Shown: in pieces, positions 1 through 12,084 of the stretch | Layout: the number at the start of each line of letters is the position of its first letter | Position numbering within the stretch: the first letter of the stretch is position 1 | DNA from: Spirochaetota bacterium | GTDB lineage: Bacteria > Spirochaetota > UBA6919 > CBDBPB01 | Assembly: GCA_965208615.1 (NCBI GenBank) | Contig: CBDBPB010000002.1 | Coordinates: 92,666-156,665 of the forward strand | Length of the DNA stretch: 64,000 nt | Reading direction: 5' to 3' | Notes under the pieces: model-generated | What the model saw: the letters and a program-made list of their open reading frames with translations, nothing else | Told to the model about the DNA's origin: nothing | Database searches by the model: none | Translations under genes and position numbers: made by a program

Positions 1-1432
1 TTCTTTGGATGAGTGTAGTAAAATTACTGGGGTTAGTAAGGATAAGATTATTAAGGCGGCAGAGTGGGCTTATAAGTCTAAAAAGTCTGGTCATAGACCG
101 CGAACAATGCATGCTTATGAAAAAGGTATTATATGGGGTAATGATAATTATCATATACAGGTGTCATTAGTGGATCTTGTATTGGCTACTCATAATGTGG
201 GACGTCGTGGTACTGGGGTTGTTAGATTAGGCGGACATCAAGAGGGATATGCTAGACCTCCATATCCGGGTCCTCGTCCTGCTCCGTATATAGATAAAGA
301 AATTATCAATGGTAATGGTAAGATGCTTACTGTTTGGGCGTGTAATTCGTTGCAGACAACTTGTAATGCGGATACTTATAAAAAAGCAATATTAAAAAGG
401 TCTAATATAGTTAGGGATGCTCTATCTAGGTTAACTGCACCGTCTTTAAATAAGGTGGTAGATACCATATATAGTGCTATTAACAGAGGTGGACTTTTTA
501 TTACTACTATTGATATTTATCCTACTAAGTTTGCTGAAGTTGGACATCTTGTTATGCCGGGTGCTCATCCTGGTGAAATGAATTTAACATCCATGAATGG
601 TGAAAGAAGAATGCGTCTTTCTGAGCGATTTATGGATCCTCCTGGTCTTGCTAAACCTGACTGTCTTATAGCGGCAGATATTGCTAATAAAATTAAGGCC
701 TTATATGCTAAAGAAGGTAATAATGAAATGGCTGATCGCTTTTCTGACTTTGACTGGAAGACAGAAGAAGATGTATTTAATGCTGGATTTAGAAAACCAA
801 AAGGTATAGATAGTCAGGGGGGTGGAACAGGTAATATAGCTAGTTATGAGCGTCTTAAGGCTATGGGTAATGACGGTGTTCAGTTGCCAATTAAGGAATA
901 TAAGGATGGTAAGCTAGTTGGAACAGAAATGATTTATTCTGATTATAAGTTTTCTACCAAAGATGGTAAGGCTCATTTTATGAGTTCTCCTTGGAAGGGA
1001 TTACATCCTACTGTAGCTAAACAAAAGAAAAAGTATAACTTTTGGATAAACAATGGTCGTAATAATCAGATATGGCAGAGTGCTTATCATGATAGGTATA
1101 TGGAGTTTAGAAAAAACCGTTATCCTATGGCGCCTGTTGAGATTAATCCTGTTGATGCTAAAAAGCTCAATATAAAAAGTAGTGATATAGTTGAGATATA
1201 TAATGATTTTGGTTCAACTTATGCTATGGCATATTTAGAAGAGGATATAAAGCAGGGTCATGTATTTATGATGTTTGCATATCATAATGGTACAGCCGGG
1301 GATATTACCACTGATGCTGTTGATGAGAATATTGTCCCTTATTATAAAGGTACATGGGCAAACATTCGTAGGTTTGGTACTATGGCTGAATATGAAAAAA
1401 CTGTTAGTTTTAAGTCGAGAAGATATAGTTAG
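1..1432 (+). CDS. Molybdopterin (DMSO-reductase family) oxidoreductase catalytic subunit, C-terminal part; 5' end lies outside the window
   Basis: ORF open to the window edge. C-terminal region ([33 protein letters not shown]...[10 protein letters not shown]) looks like a molybdopterin dinucleotide-binding domain. Substrate specificity not assignable by eye. Confidence 0.6.
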   Translation, partial: SLDECSKITGVSKDKIIKAAEWAYKSKKSGHRPRTMHAYEKGIIWGNDNYHIQVSLVDLVLATHNVGRRGTGVVRLGGHQEGYARPPYPGPRPAPYIDKEIINGNGKMLTVWACNSLQTTCNADTYKKAILKRSNIVRDALSRLTAPSLNKVVDTIYSAINRGGLFITTIDIYPTKFAEVGHLVMPGAHPGEMNLTSMNGERRMRLSERFMDPPGLAKPDCLIAADIANKIKALYAKEGNNEMADRFSDFDWKTEEDVFNAGFRKPKGIDSQGGGTGNIASYERLKAMGNDGVQLPIKEYKDGKLVGTEMIYSDYKFSTKDGKAHFMSSPWKGLHPTVAKQKKKYNFWINNGRNNQIWQSAYHDRYMEFRKNRYPMAPVEINPVDAKKLNIKSSDIVEIYNDFGSTYAMAYLEEDIKQGHVFMMFAYHNGTAGDITTDAVDENIVPYYKGTWANIRRFGTMAEYEKTVSFKSRRYS

Positions 1433-1445
1433 TAATGTATAATAT

Positions 1446-1478
1446 GCCTTCTTCTATTTCTGAAGAAGGCTTTTTTTA
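1446..1478 (+). terminator. Rho-independent terminator between convergent genes
   Basis: Inverted repeat gccttcttc / gaagaaggc followed by a run of seven T. Confidence 0.55.
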
Positions 1479-1502
1479 ATATTTAAGTAAACCGAGAATG
1501 AA

Positions 1503-2417
1503 CTATTGTTTATGAGCTACGTGGGTAAAATGCTCTGTTACACCACTAGTTTGTGCAGTCCATGTTATACCATCGGTTGATGCTATAATTGTTCCGGCAT
1601 TTCCTACAGCAACCCATTTATTATTATAATAAGTGATACCATTAATTTGGTTTGTTATACCACTAACTATACTGCTCCAGGTTGTTCCATTGGATGATCC
1701 TATTAAGGTTCCATCAGCTCCGCCAGCAATCCACTTGTTACCATAAGCAATGCTATGTAGTTGTTTTGATGTACCACTAGTTAGGTTAGACCAGCTAGTT
1801 CCATTAGTTGATGTTATCATAGCACCATACCATCCAGCGGCAACCCATTTGCTATTACCATAGGCTACTGCAAAAAAATTAGTTAGTGAACCAATTTGTT
1901 GTGTCCATGTTGTTCCATCAGATGAAGTTTTAAGCATTGTTGCATTTCCAACCACAACCCATTTATCGCCATAGGCTAATTCATAAAGTATATTTACACC
2001 CTGATTTTGTGAAGACCATGTTGTTCCATCACTTGATGTTAGAATGATGCCAGCATTACCCACAGAGACCCATTGGTTATTAGCATAACTTATGTTGTGA
2101 AGAGTCTCTGTTGTACCACTGGTTACTGGACTCCATGTAACTCCATCAGTTGATGTTAGCATTAGCCCTGTATTTCCAACAGCAATCCATTTACCATTGC
2201 CATAGGCTATACTTATAATATTTTTAATTGTGTTAGAGTTTTGTGATGTCCATTTAGACCCGTCAACTGATGTTGTAATAGTACCATTATTACCTACAGC
2301 AGTCCAAAATATCTCTTCAGTACTGTTTCCTGTAACTGACTCAGATACATTATCACCACATGCCATTATAAACAAAAACATGCCTATCATAGCCATCAAA
2401 ATAACTTTTGATTTCAT
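1503..2417 (-). CDS. Lipoprotein built from about seven beta-propeller-like repeats
   Basis: N-terminal signal peptide with lipobox (IMAC-G). Repeated ~40 aa units of the form Y/A-G-N-x-K-W-V/I-A-V-G-x-x-G-x-I-x-T-S-x-D-G-x-T-W. Confidence 0.55.
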   Translation of the reverse strand: MKSKVILMAMIGMFLFIMACGDNVSESVTGNSTEEIFWTAVGNNGTITTSVDGSKWTSQNSNTIKNIISIAYGNGKWIAVGNTGLMLTSTDGVTWSPVTSGTTETLHNISYANNQWVSVGNAGIILTSSDGTTWSSQNQGVNILYELAYGDKWVVVGNATMLKTSSDGTTWTQQIGSLTNFFAVAYGNSKWVAAGWYGAMITSTNGTSWSNLTSGTSKQLHSIAYGNKWIAGGADGTLIGSSNGTTWSSIVSGITNQINGITYYNNKWVAVGNAGTIIASTDGITWTAQTSGVTEHFTHVAHKQ

Positions 2418-2788
2418 AATAGTCTCCTTACATTTTATTTTAGTTTAATAAATATCTTATCAATTATAATTATAACCCAATTTTAATATATAACTAATAT
2501 TAGGCTAAAGTAATCAGTTTGTTTCAAAGCAATTTAAACTGTACTTTAAATGATTATTTATAACTATAGTTAACTTTTATATTTGTCATAATGTGATAAT
2601 ATATTTTTATTCTAATTATTAATGATTGTTTAAAAAGTGGTTTGATATTTTCGTATAGTTTATTAAGTTTATAGTCTAATATATTTATAAGCTGTTGTAT
2701 TTCTCTGATATAATAGTAAATAGTTATGCCATATTTAACTGTAATACAATCCAAATATAAAGATATATCCATTACTAAATTAATCTAA

Positions 2789-4144
<1,356 letters not shown>

Positions 4145-4166
4145 TAACTAATATAAGGCTTAAAAT

Positions 4167-5342
4167 ATGAATGAAATAGACTTTCTAACAAAATCCGTTC
4201 ACGCTGGTGAAGAAAAGCTAAAAGCAAAAGATTCCTTAACTAATCCAATATATAATACTTCAACCTATACATTTAGGAATACCTCTGACCTTTGTGACTA
4301 TATGGATAAAAAAAAAGTTAGGGAAGAATATGGTAGATACGGAAATCCAACTGTAGAAGTAGCACAGAATAAACTAGCTGAACTAGATAATGGTCAATGG
4401 GCTTTACTTTTTTCTAGCGGCATGAGTGCTATTTGTATAACATTATTTACTTTATTAGAAAAAGACTCTCACATAATAATTACCAGCGATTCTTATAGGC
4501 GAACTAGACAGTTTGTTAGAGAGGTTTTACCTAAGTTTGGAGTAGAGTTTTCTATTGTATCGCCTAATTCTAAGGCTATAGAAAGTAATATCAAGGATAA
4601 TACTGAAATTATTATATCAGAATCGCCGACTAATCCTTATCTTAGGGTGTTGGATATACCAAAAATAGTTAATATTGCTAAAAACCATAATATTATAACC
4701 ATGATTGATAGTACTCTTGCAAGTCCTTATAATCAAAGGCCTATAGAAATGGGAATAGATTTAGTAATCCACTCTGCTACTAAATACTTAGGCGGACACA
4801 ATGACTTAATTGCAGGAACTGTAATAGGTAATTCTGATCTATTATTAGAGCAAATAAAGCAATATAGGGATATTATAGGGGGAATACCAGACCCAAATAC
4901 GTCATACCTGCTTGTTAGAGGGCTTAAGACCTTTGGCCTTAGACTAAAACAACAAAATCAGAGTGCATTAAAGTTAGCTGAGTTTTTAGAATCCCATTCA
5001 AAAATTGATAAGGTATACTACCCCGGATTAAAGTCTCATCCTGACTATGACATAGCTAAAGAACAGCTTAGTGGTTTTGGTGGACTAATGAGCTTTGAAA
5101 TTAAGGGCGATCTGAAAAAAACCAGTAAGTTTATTGATTTGGTAGAAATACCCTTTATAGCTCCGAGTCTTGGAGGCGTAGAGACATTAATAGAACAGGT
5201 AAGCCTTGTATCATACTATGATTTAACAACAGAAGAACGCCTTAAACTGGGAATTAAAGATAATCTTGTACGATTATCCATTGGTATAGAGAATGTTGAT
5301 GATCTAATAGCTGATATTAATGGAGCATTAAATAAGATATAG
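4167..5342 (+). CDS. Cys/Met-metabolism PLP-dependent enzyme (cystathionine gamma-synthase / beta-lyase family)
   Basis: Family-typical motifs including HSATKYLGGH with the PLP-binding lysine; length 391 aa. Confidence 0.7.
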   Translation: MNEIDFLTKSVHAGEEKLKAKDSLTNPIYNTSTYTFRNTSDLCDYMDKKKVREEYGRYGNPTVEVAQNKLAELDNGQWALLFSSGMSAICITLFTLLEKDSHIIITSDSYRRTRQFVREVLPKFGVEFSIVSPNSKAIESNIKDNTEIIISESPTNPYLRVLDIPKIVNIAKNHNIITMIDSTLASPYNQRPIEMGIDLVIHSATKYLGGHNDLIAGTVIGNSDLLLEQIKQYRDIIGGIPDPNTSYLLVRGLKTFGLRLKQQNQSALKLAEFLESHSKIDKVYYPGLKSHPDYDIAKEQLSGFGGLMSFEIKGDLKKTSKFIDLVEIPFIAPSLGGVETLIEQVSLVSYYDLTTEERLKLGIKDNLVRLSIGIENVDDLIADINGALNKI

Positions 5343-5428
5343 TTATAATGCGGCTATTGATAATACGTATAATCCTTTATGTGTTTTTAAGTATAGTATC
5401 TTTTAATTAGTTTTTCATTAATTTAAAA

Positions 5429-5893
5429 ATGGTCATGGATAAAAAATTAATTATGAGCCTAAATAAAAAGAATATAATGGGATCAGTAGTACAAAAAGGG
5501 TTTAGCTGTAAGCCAAAGGAGAAAGATCCTAATAAACCAATAATGTTTTATAAATCCCATATAATATTCTGTATGGATGAAAGGTGTAAGCCCTGTTATA
5601 AAGGTGATGATAGGCTAAATGAGCTAAGAGAGCTAATAAAAACCCTTAAACTTAATAAAGGACATAAACGAATTAAGATTACAAGGTCATTTTGTTTTGG
5701 TGCGTGTAGGTTTAGGAGTGTGTCTTTAATATATAGCTCCGGTGATAAGCAGGTTAATAACTGTATTTGGCTAAAACAGAGCCATAAACTATCAAAAGAA
5801 AAATGGACTAGTATATTTAACTCCCTATCTAATGATGTACCAATAACAAAACAACTAAATAATAACCTAATACCCATTAACGTATATGAGTGA
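5429..5893 (+). CDS. Thioredoxin-like [2Fe-2S] ferredoxin, CbiW-like
   Basis: Cysteine pattern HIIFCMDERCKPC ... CFGAC typical of thioredoxin-like ferredoxins; sits immediately upstream of cbiD. The true start may be an internal Met. Confidence 0.4.
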   Translation: MVMDKKLIMSLNKKNIMGSVVQKGFSCKPKEKDPNKPIMFYKSHIIFCMDERCKPCYKGDDRLNELRELIKTLKLNKGHKRIKITRSFCFGACRFRSVSLIYSSGDKQVNNCIWLKQSHKLSKEKWTSIFNSLSNDVPITKQLNNNLIPINVYE

Positions 5894-7085
5894 TATAAAC
5901 TTAGCCCATTTAGTATATGGCTATACCACTGGTACTCATACAACTGCCATTGTAAAATCGGCAATAGAACTATATTGCAACAAAATAAATGAATCTAAAT
6001 ATCTCTGTAAAACTCCCCTAGCCAATGGAGAACTGGTAGATATATTAGTAAATACCTATAAGCTAAATAATAAACTAATAGTATCCTCAACTAAGAAAAC
6101 CTATAACGATGACTATGATGTTAGCAAGGGCTGTATTATAACCTGTTATATAATAGAGGATTACCAAATAGTTAAAAAATATTTATCCAAGATTAAGCAT
6201 AAGCCATATATAATCGAATTAAACAGTATAACTACGTATATATATGCAGGTAAGGGGCTTGGTATAGTATCAAAGCCTGGATTAAAGGCTTTAGTTGGTT
6301 ATCCAGCGATCAATCCCGTACCACTAAGCACTATAACAAAGGTTATTAAGGAATCCTTATTCTCATTGGCTAAGGCAGGTAATATTTATATTGTTATATC
6401 CATAGATAATGGAGAAGAACTGGCTAATAAAACAGCTAATCCTAAAGTTGGTGTAATAGGCGGACTCTCTATATTAGGCTCAACCGGAATTGTAAAACCA
6501 CTATCTATTGATAGATATTTAAAATCCATAAAGTCAGAACTACTAGTGGCAAAAGCAAGTGGTATACCAACCATTGTTTATACCATAGGTAATACAGCGA
6601 ATAACTTTGCCAAAACAGCAATGCTAATACCAAATGAATGCTTTATAGAAATAGGTAATTTTATTCATAAGTCAATAAGCCTTTTATCAGAATACTCTTT
6701 TAGAGAACTGTATATTATATCTGGACCAGGTAAAATGGCAAAAATAGCACAAGGATTTGATAATACTCATAATCGTAACGGATTTATAAACTTTAACGTT
6801 ATTATAGACTGGATAATAGATGATAATCCCAAATATAGTGATAAGCTATATAATAAAAGTTTTAATACCATAAGAGAAATGGCTAACACCTTGGCCTCAT
6901 TAGATAAAACTAAAATACTTAAAAAAAAGCTTTACTTAATGTTATGTCATAAGGCACTAAAACAGATAGAGTTATGGTTTATTAGTCCGCCTAATAATAG
7001 GGTTTTTGGCTTGGATATGATTAATATTATATGTCTGGATGAGGTAACTAATATTAAATATTCAAAATCATATACAAAGGTATAA
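5886..7085 (+). CDS. cbiD: Cobalt-precorrin-5B (C1)-methyltransferase
   Basis: N-terminal GYTTGT motif characteristic of CbiD; ~400 aa; clustered with cbiET and cbiF. Confidence 0.75.
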   Translation: MSDINLAHLVYGYTTGTHTTAIVKSAIELYCNKINESKYLCKTPLANGELVDILVNTYKLNNKLIVSSTKKTYNDDYDVSKGCIITCYIIEDYQIVKKYLSKIKHKPYIIELNSITTYIYAGKGLGIVSKPGLKALVGYPAINPVPLSTITKVIKESLFSLAKAGNIYIVISIDNGEELANKTANPKVGVIGGLSILGSTGIVKPLSIDRYLKSIKSELLVAKASGIPTIVYTIGNTANNFAKTAMLIPNECFIEIGNFIHKSISLLSEYSFRELYIISGPGKMAKIAQGFDNTHNRNGFINFNVIIDWIIDDNPKYSDKLYNKSFNTIREMANTLASLDKTKILKKKLYLMLCHKALKQIELWFISPPNNRVFGLDMINIICLDEVTNIKYSKSYTKV

Positions 7086-7087
7086 TC

Positions 7088-8335
7088 ATGTTAACTGTTG
7101 CTGGTACGGGTATGTCAGAATATAATACATCATTAATTGAGGGCTTAGTCGACTTTTATGACTTTGACTATATTGTCCTCGATAAGAACTATCTTATTGC
7201 CAATAGAAATCCAACACTAAATACTTTATCTCCTATGCTAATGAGTGACTCATTTGATAAGCAAAAGCTTTTTATAAGGGATAAGTTGGCTGAGGGCATG
7301 TCTATTTTATATATTGTATCAGGTAGTCCATACTTTTTTTCTGGTGCATCGGTTGTCATAAAGTATCTCAGTAGTTGTTTGACTAGTTTTAACCTCCATA
7401 AAGACCTCTTAATTATAAATAATCTATCCTGTAAGGACTATCTAATAAATAAACTTATGATATCCGAGCAGGATATTTATAGCTTATCCCTACATGGCAG
7501 GGCTAATATAGATCTTACTAACTTTATGACTAAGCCCTATACCTTTATACTGTCTGACTCCGAGACTCTATCAAAGGTAAGGGATATTATTAAATATATT
7601 GACAAAAGGGATATTAATATTATTATGGCGTCAAAGCTTGGCTACAGCTCTGAGAGAATACTATCTATAACCGATATAGACTTATTTTTATCGGGGCATT
7701 CAATTAGTGATTTTGAGCCGTATGTATTATTACTTAAAAAGCAATTTAAGGATAATCCCTCTTATTCTGACTCCAAAGACTTTGAACAGGATAAGGGTAT
7801 GATTACAAAAAACTTTAAACGTAATCTAACCATCCAGGAGCTGGAATTAAAATCCAATTTAGTATTATGGGATGTTGGAGCTGGTAGTGGTTCTGTTGGT
7901 ATAGAGGCATATAAGCGTTTTAGGGTTAGGACTGTCTTTTTTGAGAGGGATAAAAAGCGTTTATCGGATATTAAAAAAAATCTAAATAATAATAAGGTTA
8001 TGGGAGCAAGATTAGTAAGTGGAAATGTTATCCATAGTCATAAAGATGAGTTAGAGCTACCTGATAGGATATTCATTGGTGGAGGGGGAGAGTTAATTGC
8101 AAAAAACGTTAATTTATTTTATAATAAGCTTAAACCCTCTGGACTTATAATTGCTAATTACGTATCACTAAAAGACTTTATAACAATGATTAACTCTCTT
8201 ATGACATATAATATTCCATTTTCTATTCGTTCTATATCCCTAACGACTTTTAAGAATAACGATTTACTCTTTAGTGAGCCTGAGAGGTTAGTCTTTCAAA
8301 TAACCATTAAAAAGGATAAAGACTATGATCAATAA
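7088..8335 (+). CDS. cbiET: Cobalt-precorrin-6B/7 methyltransferase-decarboxylase (CbiE-CbiT fusion)
   Basis: C-terminal class I SAM-methyltransferase motif LWDVGAGSGSVGIEA (CbiT part); N-terminal tetrapyrrole-methylase-like part. Confidence 0.7.
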   Translation: MLTVAGTGMSEYNTSLIEGLVDFYDFDYIVLDKNYLIANRNPTLNTLSPMLMSDSFDKQKLFIRDKLAEGMSILYIVSGSPYFFSGASVVIKYLSSCLTSFNLHKDLLIINNLSCKDYLINKLMISEQDIYSLSLHGRANIDLTNFMTKPYTFILSDSETLSKVRDIIKYIDKRDINIIMASKLGYSSERILSITDIDLFLSGHSISDFEPYVLLLKKQFKDNPSYSDSKDFEQDKGMITKNFKRNLTIQELELKSNLVLWDVGAGSGSVGIEAYKRFRVRTVFFERDKKRLSDIKKNLNNNKVMGARLVSGNVIHSHKDELELPDRIFIGGGGELIAKNVNLFYNKLKPSGLIIANYVSLKDFITMINSLMTYNIPFSIRSISLTTFKNNDLLFSEPERLVFQITIKKDKDYDQ

Positions 8336-9065
8336 AAATACTGTTTACTTTATTGGAGCAGGACCTGGTGACCCTGAGTTAGTTACAGTTAAGGCTAGGT
8401 CTATTATTGAGGTGGCTGACTCAATATTATATACTGGATCTTTAGTTCCTAAGGAAGTTTTAAAGTGGGCAAAGCCTAACGCTATTATAAAGTCTTCGGC
8501 TAAGATGACTTATCCCGATATATTTTCTTTCTTTGATCAGCACGCTAAAAAAGGAGTATTTGTTAGACTACATACAGGTGATCCGTCAATATACTCCACC
8601 ATGGCAAGGCAAATTGAATATTTAAAAGAGAATAATATCAAATATCAGGTTATACCCGGTGTAACAGCCGCCTTTGCTGCTGCTGCCAGTTTGGGGATAG
8701 AGTATACCATACCTGGTGTATCACAAACTCTTATTATATCTAAGGTACCGGGTAATACTCCTAATCCTGAGCCATTAAAGCATATTTTAAATTGTAAAAA
8801 CTCATCAGTGGTATTATATTTATCGATTACCCTAATAGATAAACTACAGGATGTTGCAATAAATAATTGTTATTATAGTCCAGATACTCCATGTTGGGTT
8901 ATAGAAAAGGCATCATGGCCCGATGAGCAAATCATAAAAGGTACAATAGGTAATATTGTGGATAAACTAAAAAATACTAATATTAAAGGTATTGCTCTTA
9001 TACTTTTTGGTAGCTTTCTTAATCAGAGTCCATCTGACTTATCTGTATTGTACGGTCATAAATAG
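8325..9065 (+). CDS. cbiF: Cobalt-precorrin-4 C11-methyltransferase
   Basis: Tetrapyrrole methylase N-terminus VYFIGAGPGDPELVTVKA; start overlaps the cbiET stop (translational coupling). Confidence 0.75.
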   Translation: MINKNTVYFIGAGPGDPELVTVKARSIIEVADSILYTGSLVPKEVLKWAKPNAIIKSSAKMTYPDIFSFFDQHAKKGVFVRLHTGDPSIYSTMARQIEYLKENNIKYQVIPGVTAAFAAAASLGIEYTIPGVSQTLIISKVPGNTPNPEPLKHILNCKNSSVVLYLSITLIDKLQDVAINNCYYSPDTPCWVIEKASWPDEQIIKGTIGNIVDKLKNTNIKGIALILFGSFLNQSPSDLSVLYGHK

Positions 9066-9318
9066 CAGGACTATTATTTTAGGACAGTGTTAGCATAGCT
9101 CTTAATATCCAACTTTACTATACATTTATGTTATCTGTAAGATAGTCTGAAAAACCTTTGTTAGAACACTTATACAGCCTAAATAATTATACGATAACTT
9201 GGTTGACTAATCATAATAAATTGATTAATCTTTCTTTTAATATGGGTTAAGAATATAGAAAATACTTTATATAGAGTATATTTAGGTGTTGGATACTATT
9301 ATTATATGGGAGTATTAA

Positions 9319-10332
9319 ATGGAAAATGCTAATGATATAAAAGATAATAATATAAAGGCTAGGAGGCTTAGTTCAAACGTTATTATAATAAACGTTTTAT
9401 TGGTATTATCAATAGTTTTAGCTATTACTTTGTCCTTTAGGGATAGTAAACCCGTTGTTAAGCAAAAAAAGACTGCTATTAGTTTTATTAGTGGTGGTCC
9501 TTCTGTTAAGGTTATAGATGTTTATGGTATTATAGAATATCAAAAGATGGTTAGTCATATATCCCTTAGGTTAAAGAGTGCCGAGAAGAACGACAATATT
9601 AAGGCTGTTATTCTTAGGATAAACTCTGGTGGCGGTACTGTTGGGGCAAGCCAGGCTATTTATAGGCAAATACATGATTTTAAAAAGAAAACTAAGAAGC
9701 CAGTTGTTGCTGTAATAGGGGATATTGCCGCATCTGGTGGATATTATATAGCTTCTGCGGCTGATAGTATTATAGCTGGTAGAGGGTCTCTTACTGGGAG
9801 TATTGGGGTTATTATTATTAGTTTTAGTTTTAAGGATTTGTTTAAGAAACTTGGTATAAAGCAAGACATTATCAAAAGCGGAGAGTTTAAGGATATTATG
9901 ACTGCAATTGGCAGGGATAAAACTCCTGCTGAGCTTAAACTTTTACAAAGGTCTATTGACAGCGTTTATAAGCAGTTTTTTGATGCTGTTTTAGCTAATA
10001 GAGAGGGTAAAAAGGGCTTAACGGATAAAATACTAAAAGCCTATGCAGATGGTAGAGTTATAATAGGTAGTGAGGCTAATGATCTTGGACTTGTTGATAG
10101 CTTAGGGGGTATGAAAGAGGCTATAAAGTATATCAAGGATAAGCTTAAGATAAAGGGTGAGTTAAAGGTTATTTATGATTCGAAGTCTATTTTTGATAAG
10201 ATATTTAGTACTTTGGGTGTTAATAACGAGTCTTTGTTTATGGACGAACCTTTATCTATAGAGAAGTTTTTAAAGTTCCACTCTACTAGTGGTTTACCTC
10301 TTTATCTTTATGTTGGAGGTAATGGACTATGA
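9319..10332 (+). CDS. sppA: Signal peptide peptidase SppA (S49 family)
   Basis: N-terminal membrane anchor; S49 motif GDIAASGGYYIASAADSIIA. Confidence 0.8.
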   Translation: MENANDIKDNNIKARRLSSNVIIINVLLVLSIVLAITLSFRDSKPVVKQKKTAISFISGGPSVKVIDVYGIIEYQKMVSHISLRLKSAEKNDNIKAVILRINSGGGTVGASQAIYRQIHDFKKKTKKPVVAVIGDIAASGGYYIASAADSIIAGRGSLTGSIGVIIISFSFKDLFKKLGIKQDIIKSGEFKDIMTAIGRDKTPAELKLLQRSIDSVYKQFFDAVLANREGKKGLTDKILKAYADGRVIIGSEANDLGLVDSLGGMKEAIKYIKDKLKIKGELKVIYDSKSIFDKIFSTLGVNNESLFMDEPLSIEKFLKFHSTSGLPLYLYVGGNGL

Positions 10333-10949
10333 GATTATTTATGATGTCATTACACGGGCTTATACTTAATCCCACTAGTTATTTATCTGATATAATAGAG
10401 AATAGTAAAGCTGGTATAGTTAATTTTTCTATTATGTTAATTTTGTTAATTGCTTCAGCGCAATACATCGGCTTTAATAATAGTACTGGGATTACGTTAT
10501 CCCCATTTTTTTATATTATTTTGATGTTGTTTTACGTATCATTTTTTCTACTTATGATATTTATAGAGAGTGCAATTACGTCTTTTTTTCTTAAGAGTCG
10601 TAATGTAACACCGTTTACTTTTGGCTCTAAGCAAGTTTTTGCTATTATATCCTTTTCTTATTTTCCTTATTTGTTATTTCCGGCATTATCTATTATATCC
10701 CTTAGTTTGGGAGGTATAATTTATTTTATTGCTATGATAGTTCTTTTTGTTATGGTTATAAGGTTGAGAAAGGGCTTTTTGGACCGCTATATATCTTATT
10801 TTAGTATATTGTCGCCTTTTAGTCTTGCGATTATCCCATTAGTTATACAGGTGGTTTTGGGGTTTTTATTATTCTTTTTTACAGCCTCTATGTTCGGGAT
10901 TTTATTTATTAATCAGGTTAGTAATTTAATCTCAGTTGCTAAGTGGTAA
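10329..10949 (+). CDS. Polytopic membrane protein of unknown function
   Basis: Several hydrophobic segments; start overlaps sppA stop; no motif recognised. Confidence 0.4.
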   Translation: MRLFMMSLHGLILNPTSYLSDIIENSKAGIVNFSIMLILLIASAQYIGFNNSTGITLSPFFYIILMLFYVSFFLLMIFIESAITSFFLKSRNVTPFTFGSKQVFAIISFSYFPYLLFPALSIISLSLGGIIYFIAMIVLFVMVIRLRKGFLDRYISYFSILSPFSLAIIPLVIQVVLGFLLFFFTASMFGILFINQVSNLISVAKW

Positions 10950-11142
10950 TTCGTTATAAATGCTATAATTTAAAAAAGATAAAAGAATCTCATTGTACAG
11001 TTTCTTATTAGAATAAGTAATATCTAAACTAGTAATATGATATTTATTAAGCTATCTTAAAAAGGCTTTATAGTATTGACATTTTGAATAATTCATATTA
11101 GTTTTTTTAAACAACTCTGTGTATTAGTATAGTTAATGTATA

Positions 11143-11577
11143 ATGAGTTCTTTTGTAAAACATATAAGCGAGTCTTATGATGAAACTATAGGCGTTGCTA
11201 AGCTTATAGGTAAATCATTATGCGGTGGTGAGGTCATATTTCTAAAAGGGGAGCTTGGTACTGGTAAAACCTGCTTTACCAAAGGGCTAGCAATAGGATT
11301 AGATATTGAGGATATTATTACAAGTCCTAGCTTTTCTATAATGAATATTTATGAGGGTAAGGGTTTAACTTTGTGTCATCTTGATCTTTATAGGCTAAAC
11401 TCTTTGGATGAGTTTTTAGACCTTGGTATTGATGATTATATTAGTCCGAAGTCTGTTATGGTGATAGAGTGGGGTAATAGGTTTATTGATGAGTTTTTAA
11501 GTTATTATGCCATAATAGAGCTAAAAATTATTGACAATGGCTATAGGGAAATTATTATCACAAAAAAGCCTAACTAA
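11143..11577 (+). CDS. tsaE: tRNA threonylcarbamoyladenosine biosynthesis ATPase TsaE
   Basis: P-loop GELGTGKT and YjeE-like length (144 aa). Confidence 0.8.
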   Translation: MSSFVKHISESYDETIGVAKLIGKSLCGGEVIFLKGELGTGKTCFTKGLAIGLDIEDIITSPSFSIMNIYEGKGLTLCHLDLYRLNSLDEFLDLGIDDYISPKSVMVIEWGNRFIDEFLSYYAIIELKIIDNGYREIIITKKPN

Positions 11578-11602
11578 TTAAACAAATCAAAATTGTTTTA
11601 AG
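11574..11602 (+). repeat. 29-bp direct repeat, copy 1 (ctaattaaacaaatcaaaattgttttaag), overlapping the tsaE stop
   Basis: Read directly; identical to copy 2 at 12052-12080. Contains the inverted pair aaacaa / ttgttt. Confidence 0.8.
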
Positions 11603-11694
11603 GAAGTTTATTTATCTAAATACTGTTTTATAATAATTCTTTATTTAACTGTTAGAATAATAGCTACAACATTATTAACTATTAGTATAAGGGT

Positions 11695-12033
11695 ATGAAA
11701 ATGATAAGTGAAGAGTTAAAACAAGAAATAAAAAAGGAAGTGGCTATAGCTGTCCATGAGATTGAGATTACTGACATTAAAGTCGAGAAGCTTAGGAATG
11801 AGATAGCTAATGTAAAGTCAGAGCTTAAAAATGAAATAACTGGAGTTGAATCAAGGCTAAGAGTAGAATTAAAAGCAGTAGAAAACAGACTTGACAATAA
11901 AATATCAGATGTTAAAATCACTTTCGAGAATAGAATTAGTAAGCTCGAAGGTATGATGAAAGTTATTATAACAATAACATCAGCAACAGCAATAGGTATT
12001 GTAATGCTAATGCTTAAAGACATTTTTAAATAG
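11695..12033 (+). CDS. Small coiled-coil protein with C-terminal transmembrane anchor
   Basis: 112-aa ORF: heptad-like charged region followed by a hydrophobic tail (VIITITSATAIGIVMLMLK). Bracketed by the two 29-bp repeats. Confidence 0.45.
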   Translation: MKMISEELKQEIKKEVAIAVHEIEITDIKVEKLRNEIANVKSELKNEITGVESRLRVELKAVENRLDNKISDVKITFENRISKLEGMMKVIITITSATAIGIVMLMLKDIFK

Positions 12034-12051
12034 TTATTGTTAAGGATTATT

Positions 12052-12080
12052 CTAATTAAACAAATCAAAATTGTTTTAAG
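12052..12080 (+). repeat. 29-bp direct repeat, copy 2, immediately upstream of thiF
   Basis: Identical 29/29 to copy 1. Confidence 0.8.
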
Positions 12081-12084
12081 TTAA

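Noticed and set aside
11578-12084. TPP riboswitch upstream of the thi operon
   Set aside because: No recognisable THI-box elements; the region is AT-rich and dominated by the 29-bp repeats and the small ORF.
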